Source of the DNA: Dehalococcoidia bacterium
Lineage (GTDB): Bacteria > Chloroflexota > Dehalococcoidia > Plut-88900
NCBI GenBank assembly: GCA_965249275.1
Contig: CBDFLQ010000007.1
Location: 416,001 to 480,000 of the forward strand
Length of the DNA stretch: 64,000 nucleotides
Direction: 5' to 3'
A program made the position numbers and the translations under genes. Below are positions 48,749 through 58,165 of the stretch, one piece after another; position 1 is the first letter of the stretch; the number at the start of each line of letters is the position of its first letter. Under the pieces are notes generated by a model. The model had not been told where the DNA came from. It did not search any database and worked only from the letters and a program-made list of their open reading frames with translations.

Positions 48749-49880
48749 ACCATTGACAGTGCTGCTTGGCCTGCTCGCGGTCCTAGCGATCGTTGGACTT
48801 GCCTGCGGCGGGGGAGATGACGAGTCTATCACCATAGGCGTAATCCAATCCCTGACAGGGCCCGGCGAGACCTATGGGAATGTGGCCCTGAACGGTATTC
48901 AGCTTGCAGTAGACGAAGTTAATGAAGCGGGCGGTGTTCTCGGCAAACAGATTGAGATTGTTGCCGAAGACGGGAAATGTAACGGTACCGATGCCCTGAC
49001 TGCGTACACTAAGTTAGTGGATGTAGATGAGGTCTCCATCATCCTGGGCCCCTCTTGCAGTGGGGAAATGTTGGGCTTTGCCTCGCGGGTTGATGACGAC
49101 GAGGTTGTCGTTTTTTCTGGGCTGACCTCTAACCCAGCCATTTCGACAGCTGGAGACTACATTTTCCGAAATGTCTTTAGCGACGCCGACGTCGGAAAGC
49201 GCCTGGCAGAAGTCATCATCGGCAAGGACTTCCGCGAAGTTGGGCTTATAGGCGAGGCCACGGACTACATCGAAGGAGTCCGCACCGAATTCGCCAACAA
49301 CTATGAAACCTTGGGTGGGGCCATCTTATCCGCCGAAAGGTACACTTCCGAAGAGACCGATTTCAGTGCCGCACTCACCAGAGTACTGGCCGATGACCCT
49401 CCTGCTCTAGTAGTTCTAGCCCAATCGGAATTCGCTTATGGCACCCTATACAAGCAGGCCCGGGAGCTTGGCTACGAAGGCCAGATGTTCTCGGTGGAGC
49501 CTGGGCTTGCCAGCAAGGTGCTCGAGATAGCCGGGGACGCGGCTGAAGGTGTGATAGGCGTGCTGGTGCCGCAGGACATTGAATACAATCCTGCCGGTGC
49601 GGAGCTAACCCAGAAGTACGTCGACAAGCACGGCTCCATCTCGCTCCACTACTACATCGGGTCCTCTTACGACTCGGTACACATCATTGCTGGTTGCATA
49701 GAGGATGTCGGCAGCGCAACCGACACCGCTGGAATCAGGGACTGCCTATACGGCGTCAACAGGGACAACCAGTACACCGGGGCCATTGGCACATATGGCT
49801 TCGACTCCAACGGTGACATGGACCCCAGCGTCTTCGTGGTCTACCAGTTGATCGATGGAGAATCGGTCATACAGCAGTAG
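48732..49880 (+). CDS. Branched-chain amino acid-type (HAAT) ABC substrate-binding lipoprotein, copy 1
   Basis: LAC lipobox, SLTG...YG, EVNEAGG, EDGKC, YIFR, YDSV. Confidence 0.88.
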   Translation: MRVQKKPLTVLLGLLAVLAIVGLACGGGDDESITIGVIQSLTGPGETYGNVALNGIQLAVDEVNEAGGVLGKQIEIVAEDGKCNGTDALTAYTKLVDVDEVSIILGPSCSGEMLGFASRVDDDEVVVFSGLTSNPAISTAGDYIFRNVFSDADVGKRLAEVIIGKDFREVGLIGEATDYIEGVRTEFANNYETLGGAILSAERYTSEETDFSAALTRVLADDPPALVVLAQSEFAYGTLYKQARELGYEGQMFSVEPGLASKVLEIAGDAAEGVIGVLVPQDIEYNPAGAELTQKYVDKHGSISLHYYIGSSYDSVHIIAGCIEDVGSATDTAGIRDCLYGVNRDNQYTGAIGTYGFDSNGDMDPSVFVVYQLIDGESVIQQ

Positions 49881-49929
49881 AATTCTCTGAGATGCCGATT
49901 GAGCACTTGGCCGGATAGAAAACGAGGAA

Positions 49930-49960
49930 AAGGGCTGGCTTTCCATAGGAAGGCCAGCCC
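49930..49960 (+). terminator. Stem-loop after the binding-protein gene
   Basis: AGGGCTGGCTTTCC-ATA-GGAAGGCCAGCCCT. Confidence 0.55.
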
Positions 49961-50015
49961 TAGCTTGTTGTAAACAGACACAGTCCCGAGCCATATCTAT
50001 GCGAAGCCTGATACC

Positions 50016-51419
50016 GTGCTGAAATATCTAAAAGCGGTCACGTCGAGCCTAGAGGTCCCATCTCCCAGCGGGGCGGCGACTCCGAAAGGGGTCGCGGTCT
50101 CGGGTGGGGTAATCATAGTAATTGCCCTCCTGGCTCTAATGCTGGCCCTTGACCCGGGCCGCTTTGGCCAGACCTTCCTCAACGGACTAACGTCGGCGTC
50201 CATATACGGGATCATGGCTATCGGGTTTTCTCTTCAATATTCGACTGTCTGGTACTTCGACCTCTCCTACGCGGCTATGTCCACCACCGCCGCGTACACC
50301 ATTCTGCATTTCCACTCCTCCAGCACGCGAGACCCGAGCCTTGTATTCAGCAGCTTGATAGGGCTTCTGATTGCGGTAGTCGTCATCTGGACTCTGTATG
50401 CATGGGTCTATCCCAGATTCCGGCATCGACTGCCTAAACGGGCGGCCTTACCCCTCGGGACGGTGATCTCCGTGGCGTTGGGGATTTACACGGGCATTAT
50501 GTTTGCCAACCCCGAAGAGTTGAACGTGTTTATCAGCCCACTGATCGGGGCCTTGACGGCCGGTGCCGTCATTGCGCTGCTTACGGGTTTGCTATATTCA
50601 CGGGTAAGCGAGCGAAAGTCGACCGTATTAAATTCCGCTTTTGTGCTTGTCACTGCCATAGTCGCTGCAGTTCTTGGCGTAGTGGCCGGCTGGATCTTGT
50701 CAGGGACTCCCGAAGCTAACCTCACTCTTAGCGCAGCACTGGGCATATTCGTGGTCGGGTGCATGAGCCTGGTACTCTATCGGGGGATTTTCTTCTATCT
50801 GCGGAGGCGTGCACGCTCCCCGATGATCATGCTGGTGGCATCTCTAGGCGTCATGATTACGCTGATCGCCCTGGTGGTTATACTGTTCACCGCCCAGGCC
50901 CACGACTTGCCGGATCCCCTCGGGACGGCACCAATCCAAATGCTCGGTGGCTACGTAAAAGGCTTCCGAATTTTCATGTGGGGCGCAGTCCTAGCAGTAT
51001 TTGCCGTGGTCTCTCTACTGGTGAACAAGACCAAATGGGGCAAGACCGTTCGCGCAATCAGCGATGACGAGGAAGTCGCTATGGTGGTGGGGATAAACAC
51101 GTCTCTGGTAATAGCCAGCGTCTTTTTCCTGGGGGCCGCCATCTTTGGATTTTCGGGAGTACTCATGGGCCTCGATACTGCTATCAGGCCTACGATGGGT
51201 TTCATAGCTCTCCTAAAAGGTTGGATCGCGGCTACTATCGGAGGGTTGGGCAATCTCAAAGGGGCTATAGTGGGCGCGTTGTTCCTTGGGATGATCGAGA
51301 ACTTCGGCGTGTGGTGGATTGCGTCTGACTGGAAAGACGCCGTCGCATTTATCGTGCTGATACTGTTCCTGTTGTACCGGCCAGGTGGCCTTCTGAAAAG
51401 CAAGCAGGGCAGAACATGA
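50016..51419 (+). CDS. livH: HAAT ABC permease, LivH-like with extra TM insertion, copy 1
   Basis: NGL...IYGIMAIGFSL, TKWGKTVRAISDD, IGGLGNLKGA, RPGGL. Confidence 0.85.
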   Translation: MLKYLKAVTSSLEVPSPSGAATPKGVAVSGGVIIVIALLALMLALDPGRFGQTFLNGLTSASIYGIMAIGFSLQYSTVWYFDLSYAAMSTTAAYTILHFHSSSTRDPSLVFSSLIGLLIAVVVIWTLYAWVYPRFRHRLPKRAALPLGTVISVALGIYTGIMFANPEELNVFISPLIGALTAGAVIALLTGLLYSRVSERKSTVLNSAFVLVTAIVAAVLGVVAGWILSGTPEANLTLSAALGIFVVGCMSLVLYRGIFFYLRRRARSPMIMLVASLGVMITLIALVVILFTAQAHDLPDPLGTAPIQMLGGYVKGFRIFMWGAVLAVFAVVSLLVNKTKWGKTVRAISDDEEVAMVVGINTSLVIASVFFLGAAIFGFSGVLMGLDTAIRPTMGFIALLKGWIAATIGGLGNLKGAIVGALFLGMIENFGVWWIASDWKDAVAFIVLILFLLYRPGGLLKSKQGRT

Positions 51420-52423
51420 CACCGGCTACTAAGTTTCTAAAAGAGAATTTCGAGATGGTGATCACGCTCGTCATAATCGGCGCAGCGATCGCCTTCATGC
51501 TTTCCCAGGGGGTCCGGTTCACTATCGTAACGGGGACAATCATTGGCATTTTCGCCATCCTGGGGGTCGGTCTTAATCTCGTCATCGGATACACCGGGCT
51601 CTTGTCGGTGGCACACATAGGGTTCTTCGGAATCGGGGCCTATATAATCGCGATATTGACCACTAACCCAAACATCGAGCCCCCGAAGTCAATAGGCGTC
51701 ATTCCGTCCATTGGGCTGAGTTGGTTTGTGGCTTTGCCAGTGGCGATAATCCTCACGGGGATCGTGGCTCTGCTGGCGGGATTCGTGCTGAACCGGTTCC
51801 GGGACGACATATTTACGTTAACTTCTTTCGGGTTTGCCGTAATTGCACTCGGGGTGTTTAGGAATTGGCTTCCCGTCACCCGGGGCCCTTTCGGAATCAG
51901 GGAGATTGCCAAACCGTCCATCGGGATCTGGGAGTTTAACGAGCCATGGGAATATCTGGTGATTGTGGGATTCTTCTTGGCCGTCGTCCTTGCCATATGC
52001 TGGCTCATTGTCAACTCATCATTCGGTAGGGTCCTTACGGCGATCCGCGAAGACGAGCAGGCTATCGAGGTGTTTGGCTACAAGGCTACTTACTACAAGC
52101 TGGCCGTTTGGGTAATATCCGCTATGATTGCCGCTCTGGCGGGGGCTCTATTAGCAGGTCTCATCGAGTTCATAGAGCCTCCTTCATTCACCCTGTTGGA
52201 CTCAATCCTGATCGTTTCCATCGTAATAATCGGGGGGCTGGCCAGTTTATGGGGGTCGGTGCTGGGAGCGACCGTATTTGTCCTATTGGAAGAGGGCATG
52301 CGATTCGTACCGGGGCTGCCGGTAGGCATTGAAGGTCAAGCCCGTTGGGCGTTCTTGGGCCTCTTACTGATCGTACTGATGCTCTTCAGACCCCAGGGTC
52401 TGGTTGGGAGATATAAGCTTTGA
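51416..52423 (+). CDS. livM: HAAT ABC permease, LivM-like, copy 1
   Basis: LNLVIGYTGLLSVAHIGFFGIGAY, SSFGRVLTAIREDE, RPQGL. Confidence 0.9.
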   Translation: MTPATKFLKENFEMVITLVIIGAAIAFMLSQGVRFTIVTGTIIGIFAILGVGLNLVIGYTGLLSVAHIGFFGIGAYIIAILTTNPNIEPPKSIGVIPSIGLSWFVALPVAIILTGIVALLAGFVLNRFRDDIFTLTSFGFAVIALGVFRNWLPVTRGPFGIREIAKPSIGIWEFNEPWEYLVIVGFFLAVVLAICWLIVNSSFGRVLTAIREDEQAIEVFGYKATYYKLAVWVISAMIAALAGALLAGLIEFIEPPSFTLLDSILIVSIVIIGGLASLWGSVLGATVFVLLEEGMRFVPGLPVGIEGQARWAFLGLLLIVLMLFRPQGLVGRYKL

Positions 52424-52581
52424 CTACTTCCATCCCAGATACCCGCGGCCACGACACGCTGGCAACCGACCAGCTTTCCAAGCACTTCGGTGTTGCCCGC
52501 ACCGCCGACATCGAGACCATCCGCACTGTCGGGATCCACGGGCCAGTCGAGCTCCACGTGGTCATCCTGGACGAGGCCTAA
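52420..52581 (+). pseudogene. Duplication-junction chimera: livG 5' fragment fused in frame to lutC 3' fragment (53 aa)
   Basis: 52420-52495 resembles the livG start at 56476; 52496-52573 matches lutC 48500-48577 at 76/78 nt. Confidence 0.8.
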
Positions 52582-52612
52582 TACCCACCATATTTCTCAG
52601 GTCAATTAGTAT

Positions 52613-52719
52613 TTGACTAGTCAGGGCTGAATCGCTATATTGCAGCTTACAGTCCCGTCCTGCGACCCGGTGGGTATAGGATCAGTTGTAAGGAGGGTGT
52701 GTATGCGAGTTCAGAAGAA
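52613..52719 (+). promoter_or_regulatory. Promoter and leader of ABC operon copy 2
   Basis: TTGACT-N17-TATATT, TGACTAGTCA palindrome over the -35, leader shared with copy 1. Confidence 0.65.
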
Positions 52720-53893
52720 GACCTTGCTGTTCCTGCTGGGACTGTTGACAGTCCTGGCTGTCGTGGCCCTGGCATGTGGAGGTGGTGATGGGGAGGACGA
52801 CGAGGGCCCCTTCAGGGTTGGCGTCATGGAATCCGTTACGGGTGCCGGCGAAACCTACGGCGTGATGGCCGTGCAGGCCAAGCAGATGGCCGTCGACGAG
52901 ATCAACGAGGCCGGCGGCATCAACGGCCGCATGCTCGAGATCATCGTCGAGGACGAAAAGTGCAACGCCCAGGACTCCATCACCGCCTATAAAAAACTCA
53001 CCGAAGTTGATGGCGTGAAGATTATCCTGGGCACCTCTTGCAGCGGAGCAATGCTCGGCGCAGCCCCATTGGCCGAAGAGGATGGCGTCGTCATATTCTC
53101 CGGCCTGGCCACCAACCCCGATATCGCCGACGCCGGGGACTACATCTTCAGGACCTCTTTGAACGACGCCCTGGTCGGCATCGACACCGGCAATGCGATG
53201 TGGGTGGACGGCCACCGTACAATGGCCACCATTACCGAGAACACTGACTACGCAGAAGGCGTGCGACGCACGACCGTGGACAGGTTCGAGGAGCTTGGCG
53301 GCTCCGTCGTTGCGGAGGAGCACTACGCCTCCGACGTAACCGACTTCAGGACCCAGTTGACTAAAATTATCGGCGAGGAACCCGACGCCCTGCATGTCTC
53401 CGCTCAGTCCGAGTTCACCGGCGGCACCATAATCAAGCAGGTCCGGGAGCTTGGCTGGGAAGGCCCCATCTATGCCGAGATCGTGGCCGTCGGCCCCACC
53501 GCCCAGGAGATCGCAGGTGATGCGATCACCGGAGCAAAGGGCATAGCCGCCGCGGGCTTGGACCCGTCCAACACCAAGGCCGTGGAAGTCCTCCAGAACT
53601 TCCAGGAGCGCTACGAATACATCGTCTTCCCCTGGTATCTCGGATCCGCCTACGACGACGTCTACATCACCGCCGAGTGCCTCAAGCAGACCAATGACGA
53701 CCAGGACGCCGACGGTTTCAGGGACTGCCTCTACGACATCACCTGGAGCGGCACCATCGGAGAAAACTACAGCTTCGACGAAAAGGGCGAAGTCGAGGGC
53801 CTCTCTAACGTCGTCGTTGAAATCCTGCCCGTGAGCGAGAGGACGACGGACAACCAGGGCTTCAAAATCCTCGGTCCTGCGCCCATTCCCTAG
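52703..53893 (+). CDS. HAAT ABC substrate-binding lipoprotein, copy 2
   Basis: LAC lipobox, EINEAGGINGR, EDEKC, YIFRT, AYDD. Confidence 0.88.
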   Translation: MRVQKKTLLFLLGLLTVLAVVALACGGGDGEDDEGPFRVGVMESVTGAGETYGVMAVQAKQMAVDEINEAGGINGRMLEIIVEDEKCNAQDSITAYKKLTEVDGVKIILGTSCSGAMLGAAPLAEEDGVVIFSGLATNPDIADAGDYIFRTSLNDALVGIDTGNAMWVDGHRTMATITENTDYAEGVRRTTVDRFEELGGSVVAEEHYASDVTDFRTQLTKIIGEEPDALHVSAQSEFTGGTIIKQVRELGWEGPIYAEIVAVGPTAQEIAGDAITGAKGIAAAGLDPSNTKAVEVLQNFQERYEYIVFPWYLGSAYDDVYITAECLKQTNDDQDADGFRDCLYDITWSGTIGENYSFDEKGEVEGLSNVVVEILPVSERTTDNQGFKILGPAPIP

Positions 53894-54022
53894 ACCCGAA
53901 CAAGACTTAGCGTTGGGTGGTCGGCCCAAACCGGGCCGGCCGCCCGTCCCAACATAGTCCCTGGCCCTGCTCCCCTGGCCCTCCGTGGTAGGGAGATTCT
54001 CAATTGATCAGCAGGTGAAAAA

Positions 54023-55408
54023 TTGATCAGGCAACGCGAAGGCGAGTCCCGGCTTCCCAGGCTCTCCCAGTACTCCGGCAGCCAGATCCTCGCCGTAGTT
54101 CTTACCGTTGTCCTCATAGGCTACATCAGCTGGAAGATCAGCGAATCGGCTGACCAGGCCCTGCAATTCGCATTCAACGGCGCATCCGTGGGCGCCATAT
54201 ATGCTCTCCTCGCCATCGGCTTCACCCTCGTCTATAGCACAGTCTGGTTTTTCGATCTCTATTACGGCGCTGCCGCTGCCATCGGCGCATACGGCGTTTT
54301 CTACCTTAGGTCCAAAGACGCCCTCCAGGTCGGGCAGTTCGAAGTCAACGATATGTACGTTAACGTCGTATTCGCCCTCGTGGTGGCCGGCGTGGCCGGA
54401 TGGGGCTTCCAGGCAGGCCTCAGGCAGCACATCGCTGCCCGCATAGGTCGGAGGGGTGGACTTATAGTCCTGGCCTTGACCGCCGCGGCGGCCGGCAGCT
54501 ATGCCGGCTTCATCCTCAACAATCCGGACGAATTGAACGTCGTCGTAAGCCCCGCCGTCGGGGCCCTGACCGGCATCGTTGCTTTCTGGGCCGCCAACAG
54601 TGTCATCGGAAGCCGCGTCCCGGAAGGCTCCCGGATGCCCTTCATCGTCCTTGCCGCAATAGGCTCGGCTGCTCTGAGTGCATACTGCGGCCTTCTCACG
54701 TCTCAGGCCTCCGGTTCAAGCCTGTATCTCAGCTGGGGCGTCTCCTGCCTGCTAGCCGGATCGGTCAGCTTGGCCCTGTATCGCGGCCTATACTTATACA
54801 TGCGCCGCCGAGCCCGGTCTCCATTGATAATGCTGGTGGCATCCCTGGGTGTACTGCTCGCTCTAACTGCATTCACAACCATCATCTTTCAGTCCGCTCC
54901 CCGCCCCCTCCCCGAGGCTTTTGGCAGCACTCCATGGCAGATCTTCGGCGCATACATCAAACCCTTCAACGTCTTCTCCATCGGTGTCGCCATCGTTGGA
55001 TTTATGGCGCTGATCCTCTTTCTTAGGAAGACCTCTTTCGGAAAGGCCGTGCGGGCCATAGGTGACGACGAAGAGGTGTCCAAAGTTGTTGGGATAAACA
55101 CCACCGTCGTCATCGCTATCGTATTCTTCATTGGGGCTATGTATGCCTCGCTGGCCGGCATACTGAATGGCCATGACACGGCAATACAGCCTCGCATGGG
55201 TCTGCTCCTGCTCCTGAAGGGCTGGATCGCATCCGTAATCGGCGGCATCGGCAACTTGTACGGGGCAATTGTCGGCGGTTTCGTCCTGGGTATGATCGAA
55301 CAGTTCGGCATCTGGGACCTCGCCGGCGAGTGGAAAGACGCCATTTCTTTCATTCTTCTCATCCTGTTCCTGGCCTTCTGGCCCAAGGGCCTAATCCCCA
55401 GGAAATAA
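54023..55408 (+). CDS. livH: HAAT ABC permease, LivH-like with extra TM insertion, copy 2
   Basis: NGASVGAIYALLAIGFTLVY, TSFGKAVRA, IGGIGNLYGA, PKGL. Confidence 0.87.
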   Translation: MIRQREGESRLPRLSQYSGSQILAVVLTVVLIGYISWKISESADQALQFAFNGASVGAIYALLAIGFTLVYSTVWFFDLYYGAAAAIGAYGVFYLRSKDALQVGQFEVNDMYVNVVFALVVAGVAGWGFQAGLRQHIAARIGRRGGLIVLALTAAAAGSYAGFILNNPDELNVVVSPAVGALTGIVAFWAANSVIGSRVPEGSRMPFIVLAAIGSAALSAYCGLLTSQASGSSLYLSWGVSCLLAGSVSLALYRGLYLYMRRRARSPLIMLVASLGVLLALTAFTTIIFQSAPRPLPEAFGSTPWQIFGAYIKPFNVFSIGVAIVGFMALILFLRKTSFGKAVRAIGDDEEVSKVVGINTTVVIAIVFFIGAMYASLAGILNGHDTAIQPRMGLLLLLKGWIASVIGGIGNLYGAIVGGFVLGMIEQFGIWDLAGEWKDAISFILLILFLAFWPKGLIPRK

Positions 55409-55411
55409 CTC

Positions 55412-56479
55412 ATGGCTATGGAGTTACAGGCAGAATCTGAAGTCCGCATCGGCGTCGCCGATGTGCTCCGCGACCCTAGACTGCTCATTCGCGGAGCCAG
55501 GTCTAACCTCGAGATCTGGGCCAACCTGATCGTAATACTCTGGGCCGTCGCGTTCATGCTCTGGCAGGGGACCGGCTTCGCCGTCACCATCGCTACTGTT
55601 TTTGCCATCTGGGCGATACTCGCCGTTAGCCTTAATCTGGTGGTCGGGTTTGCAGGTCTCCTTTCGGTGGCCCACATCGGGTTCTTCGGCATCGGCGCCT
55701 ACACTGTAGCCATCCTGACCTCGGACCAGGATTACGAGCAGCTCCGCACCCAGACGCTTCCTACTTTCGATTTCCCCTTCTTTGCAGCTCTCCCCATCGC
55801 TGTGGTTATCGCGGGTCTCGTTGCAATCATTGTCGGAACGGTATTCAACCGCTTCCGAGACGACATTTTCGTTCTCGTGTCCTTTGGCTTCGCCATCATC
55901 GCCTTCAACGTGTTTCTCAACTTGCGCCCCGTGACCCGAGGCGCATTCGGAATCCACCAAATCGCCCGGCCCGCCATCGGAGGCTGGGTTTTCGACGGCG
56001 ATTTCGAATTCCTGCTTCTATCTCTTGTAATACTGGCCCTCGTCATGCTCGTCTCCTGGTTCATCGTCTCCTCATCCTTCGGACGCGTTTTGACCGCCAT
56101 CCGCGAGGATCAACAGGCCATCGAAGTATTCGGCTATCGCGTCACCTTCTACAAGCTGGCAATCTGGGTCATCTCCGCCATGATGGCGGCCCTCGCCGGC
56201 GGCCTGTTCTCAAGCTGGACAAGCTTCATCGACCCCAACTCCTTCATACTCCTTGAGTCGATCCTCATGGTATCCATCGTCATTCTCGGCGGCTTGGCCA
56301 CCATCTGGGGGTCCCTGCTGGGCGCAATGGTCTTCGTCCTACTTGAAGAGGGCATGCGATTCCTTCCCTTCCTCCCCACCGAGTACATAGGTCAGGCCCG
56401 ACAGATCGTCCTGGGAGTCCTTCTCGTTCTCCTAATGCTCTTCAGGCCACAGGGCCTGGTTGGGAGATACAAGCTTTGA
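55412..56479 (+). CDS. livM: HAAT ABC permease, LivM-like, copy 2
   Basis: SLNLVVGFAGLLSVAHIGFFGIGAY, FGRVLTAIRED, RPQGL. Confidence 0.9.
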   Translation: MAMELQAESEVRIGVADVLRDPRLLIRGARSNLEIWANLIVILWAVAFMLWQGTGFAVTIATVFAIWAILAVSLNLVVGFAGLLSVAHIGFFGIGAYTVAILTSDQDYEQLRTQTLPTFDFPFFAALPIAVVIAGLVAIIVGTVFNRFRDDIFVLVSFGFAIIAFNVFLNLRPVTRGAFGIHQIARPAIGGWVFDGDFEFLLLSLVILALVMLVSWFIVSSSFGRVLTAIREDQQAIEVFGYRVTFYKLAIWVISAMMAALAGGLFSSWTSFIDPNSFILLESILMVSIVILGGLATIWGSLLGAMVFVLLEEGMRFLPFLPTEYIGQARQIVLGVLLVLLMLFRPQGLVGRYKL

Positions 56480-57237
56480 CCACATCCACGCCTGAAGCTC
56501 AAGAACCGTCCATCCTGGCAACCGATGAGGTTTCCAAGCACTTCGGTGCTGTCCGGGCCGTCGACAGGCTATCCATATCCATCCCAGGCACGGGCGTGAC
56601 CAGTATCGTAGGGCCCAACGGCTCGGGGAAGTCCACCCTCGTTAATCTCCTCTCCGGCACCCTCCCCCTCGACGGCGGCATGGTCATTATCGATGGCAAG
56701 GGCCTCAAAGTCGTTCACGCCTTCGAGACTCCTGACCACGGTCTTACCCGCACTTTCCAGGAAGTTCGCCTCTTCGACCAGATCACCGTTTGGGACAACA
56801 TCATGGTCGTCATGACCAGCCGGCCCTGGCTGCCCGCCTTATTCGAACGTGCCAAGCCTGACTATAAGAAGAAGGCCCAGCAGATACTCGAAAATGTCGG
56901 CATGTGGGAGAAGCGCCGCGCCCTCGCTATGAACCTCTCCTACGGCCAGCGCAAACTCCTGGAAATCGGCCGCGCCATGGCCATGGACGTCAAGGTCTAC
57001 CTCTTCGACGAGCCCTTCGCCGGCCTCTTCCCCCAAATGCTCGAACGGGTGAAGGAGATCATGAAGCAGATGCGGGACCAGGACCACACAATTGTCTTCA
57101 TCTCCCATAACATGGACATCGTACGCGAGCTCTCAGACCACATTTTCGTCCTGGACAGCGGCACCCTTTTAGCCGAAGGGGAGGTCGAGGACGTCCTGAA
57201 CCGCCCCGAGGTTATAGAGGCTTACCTGGGTGACTAA
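56476..57237 (+). CDS. livG: HAAT ABC ATPase LivG-like
   Basis: GPNGSGKST, RTFQ, LSYGQRKLLE, DEP, HNM, VIEAYLG. Confidence 0.93.
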   Translation: MTTSTPEAQEPSILATDEVSKHFGAVRAVDRLSISIPGTGVTSIVGPNGSGKSTLVNLLSGTLPLDGGMVIIDGKGLKVVHAFETPDHGLTRTFQEVRLFDQITVWDNIMVVMTSRPWLPALFERAKPDYKKKAQQILENVGMWEKRRALAMNLSYGQRKLLEIGRAMAMDVKVYLFDEPFAGLFPQMLERVKEIMKQMRDQDHTIVFISHNMDIVRELSDHIFVLDSGTLLAEGEVEDVLNRPEVIEAYLGD

Positions 57238-57258
57238 CCCCGTGAGGATAATGCCCTG

Positions 57259-57999
57259 ATGGAAGCGAAAAACGGCAACGGCGAAATGAGGCTTCTGGAG
57301 CTCGTGGACATCTCCGTCCACTATGGCGCCGTCATAGCCCTGGACCAGGCATCCCTCGGCGTAGAGAGAGGCGAAGTCGTAGCTGTCATGGGCCCCAACG
57401 GCGCAGGGAAATCGACCGTACTGCGCGCCATCATGGGTCTGGCGCCCGTGGTCGGAGGGAAGGTTTACTGGCAGCAAAGCCTCCTCCAGGCCGAGACCCA
57501 TGAGATCGTCAAAGAGGGTATCGCCTTCGTACCCCAGGGCCGGCGGGTCTTCACTCACCTCACCATTGAAGAAAACCTCGAAATGGGCTGCCTCTATCTC
57601 AACAGCAGCGCCGAGAAACGCCGCCGTATCGACGGGGTAATGGAGTTATTCCCGATTCTCCACGAGAAGCGCAAGGACTATGCCAGCCAGATGTCGGGAG
57701 GTCAGCAGCAGATGCTGGCCCTCGGCCGGGGCCTCATGGCCGACCCCGAAGTCCTCCTCTTGGACGAGCCGACCCTCGGCCTCGCTCCCATCGTAGTCAA
57801 AGAGGTCTTCCAGAAGGTCTCCGAGATCAGCGAAAAGCTCGGCACCACGATATTTGTCGTTGAGCACAACATCAAGGGAGTTCTGGACATCGTGAACCGG
57901 GCCTATGTCCTCGACAAGGGCCAGGTCGTCCACGATGGCACACCGCAGTCGGTGCGAGACACGGACATCCTGACCAAGGTCTTCTTGGGCGCAGCGTAG
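57259..57999 (+). CDS. livF: HAAT ABC ATPase LivF-like
   Basis: GPNGAGKST, VPQGRRVF, MSGGQQQMLA, LLLDEPTLGLAP. Confidence 0.94.
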   Translation: MEAKNGNGEMRLLELVDISVHYGAVIALDQASLGVERGEVVAVMGPNGAGKSTVLRAIMGLAPVVGGKVYWQQSLLQAETHEIVKEGIAFVPQGRRVFTHLTIEENLEMGCLYLNSSAEKRRRIDGVMELFPILHEKRKDYASQMSGGQQQMLALGRGLMADPEVLLLDEPTLGLAPIVVKEVFQKVSEISEKLGTTIFVVEHNIKGVLDIVNRAYVLDKGQVVHDGTPQSVRDTDILTKVFLGAA

Positions 58000-58165
58000 C
58001 CTGATATTTAGAGAAGTACTCAAGCTGCCATCCAGTTTCCCTAGTTCCGAGCGTCTGATTGCACACACTCTTTCGAGTAGATAGGTCTCGCAACACGACC
58101 TATTTACCTGAGCACGAGATTGTGCTTATCTACTTGCTACCCCCTACACAGGCAGAAGGCTAATC

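Noticed and set aside
52682-53929. Long antisense ORFs over GC-rich genes (also 59438..60868, 14853..15797, 38300..39229)
   Set aside because: Expected shadows of high-GC codon usage opposite well-supported genes
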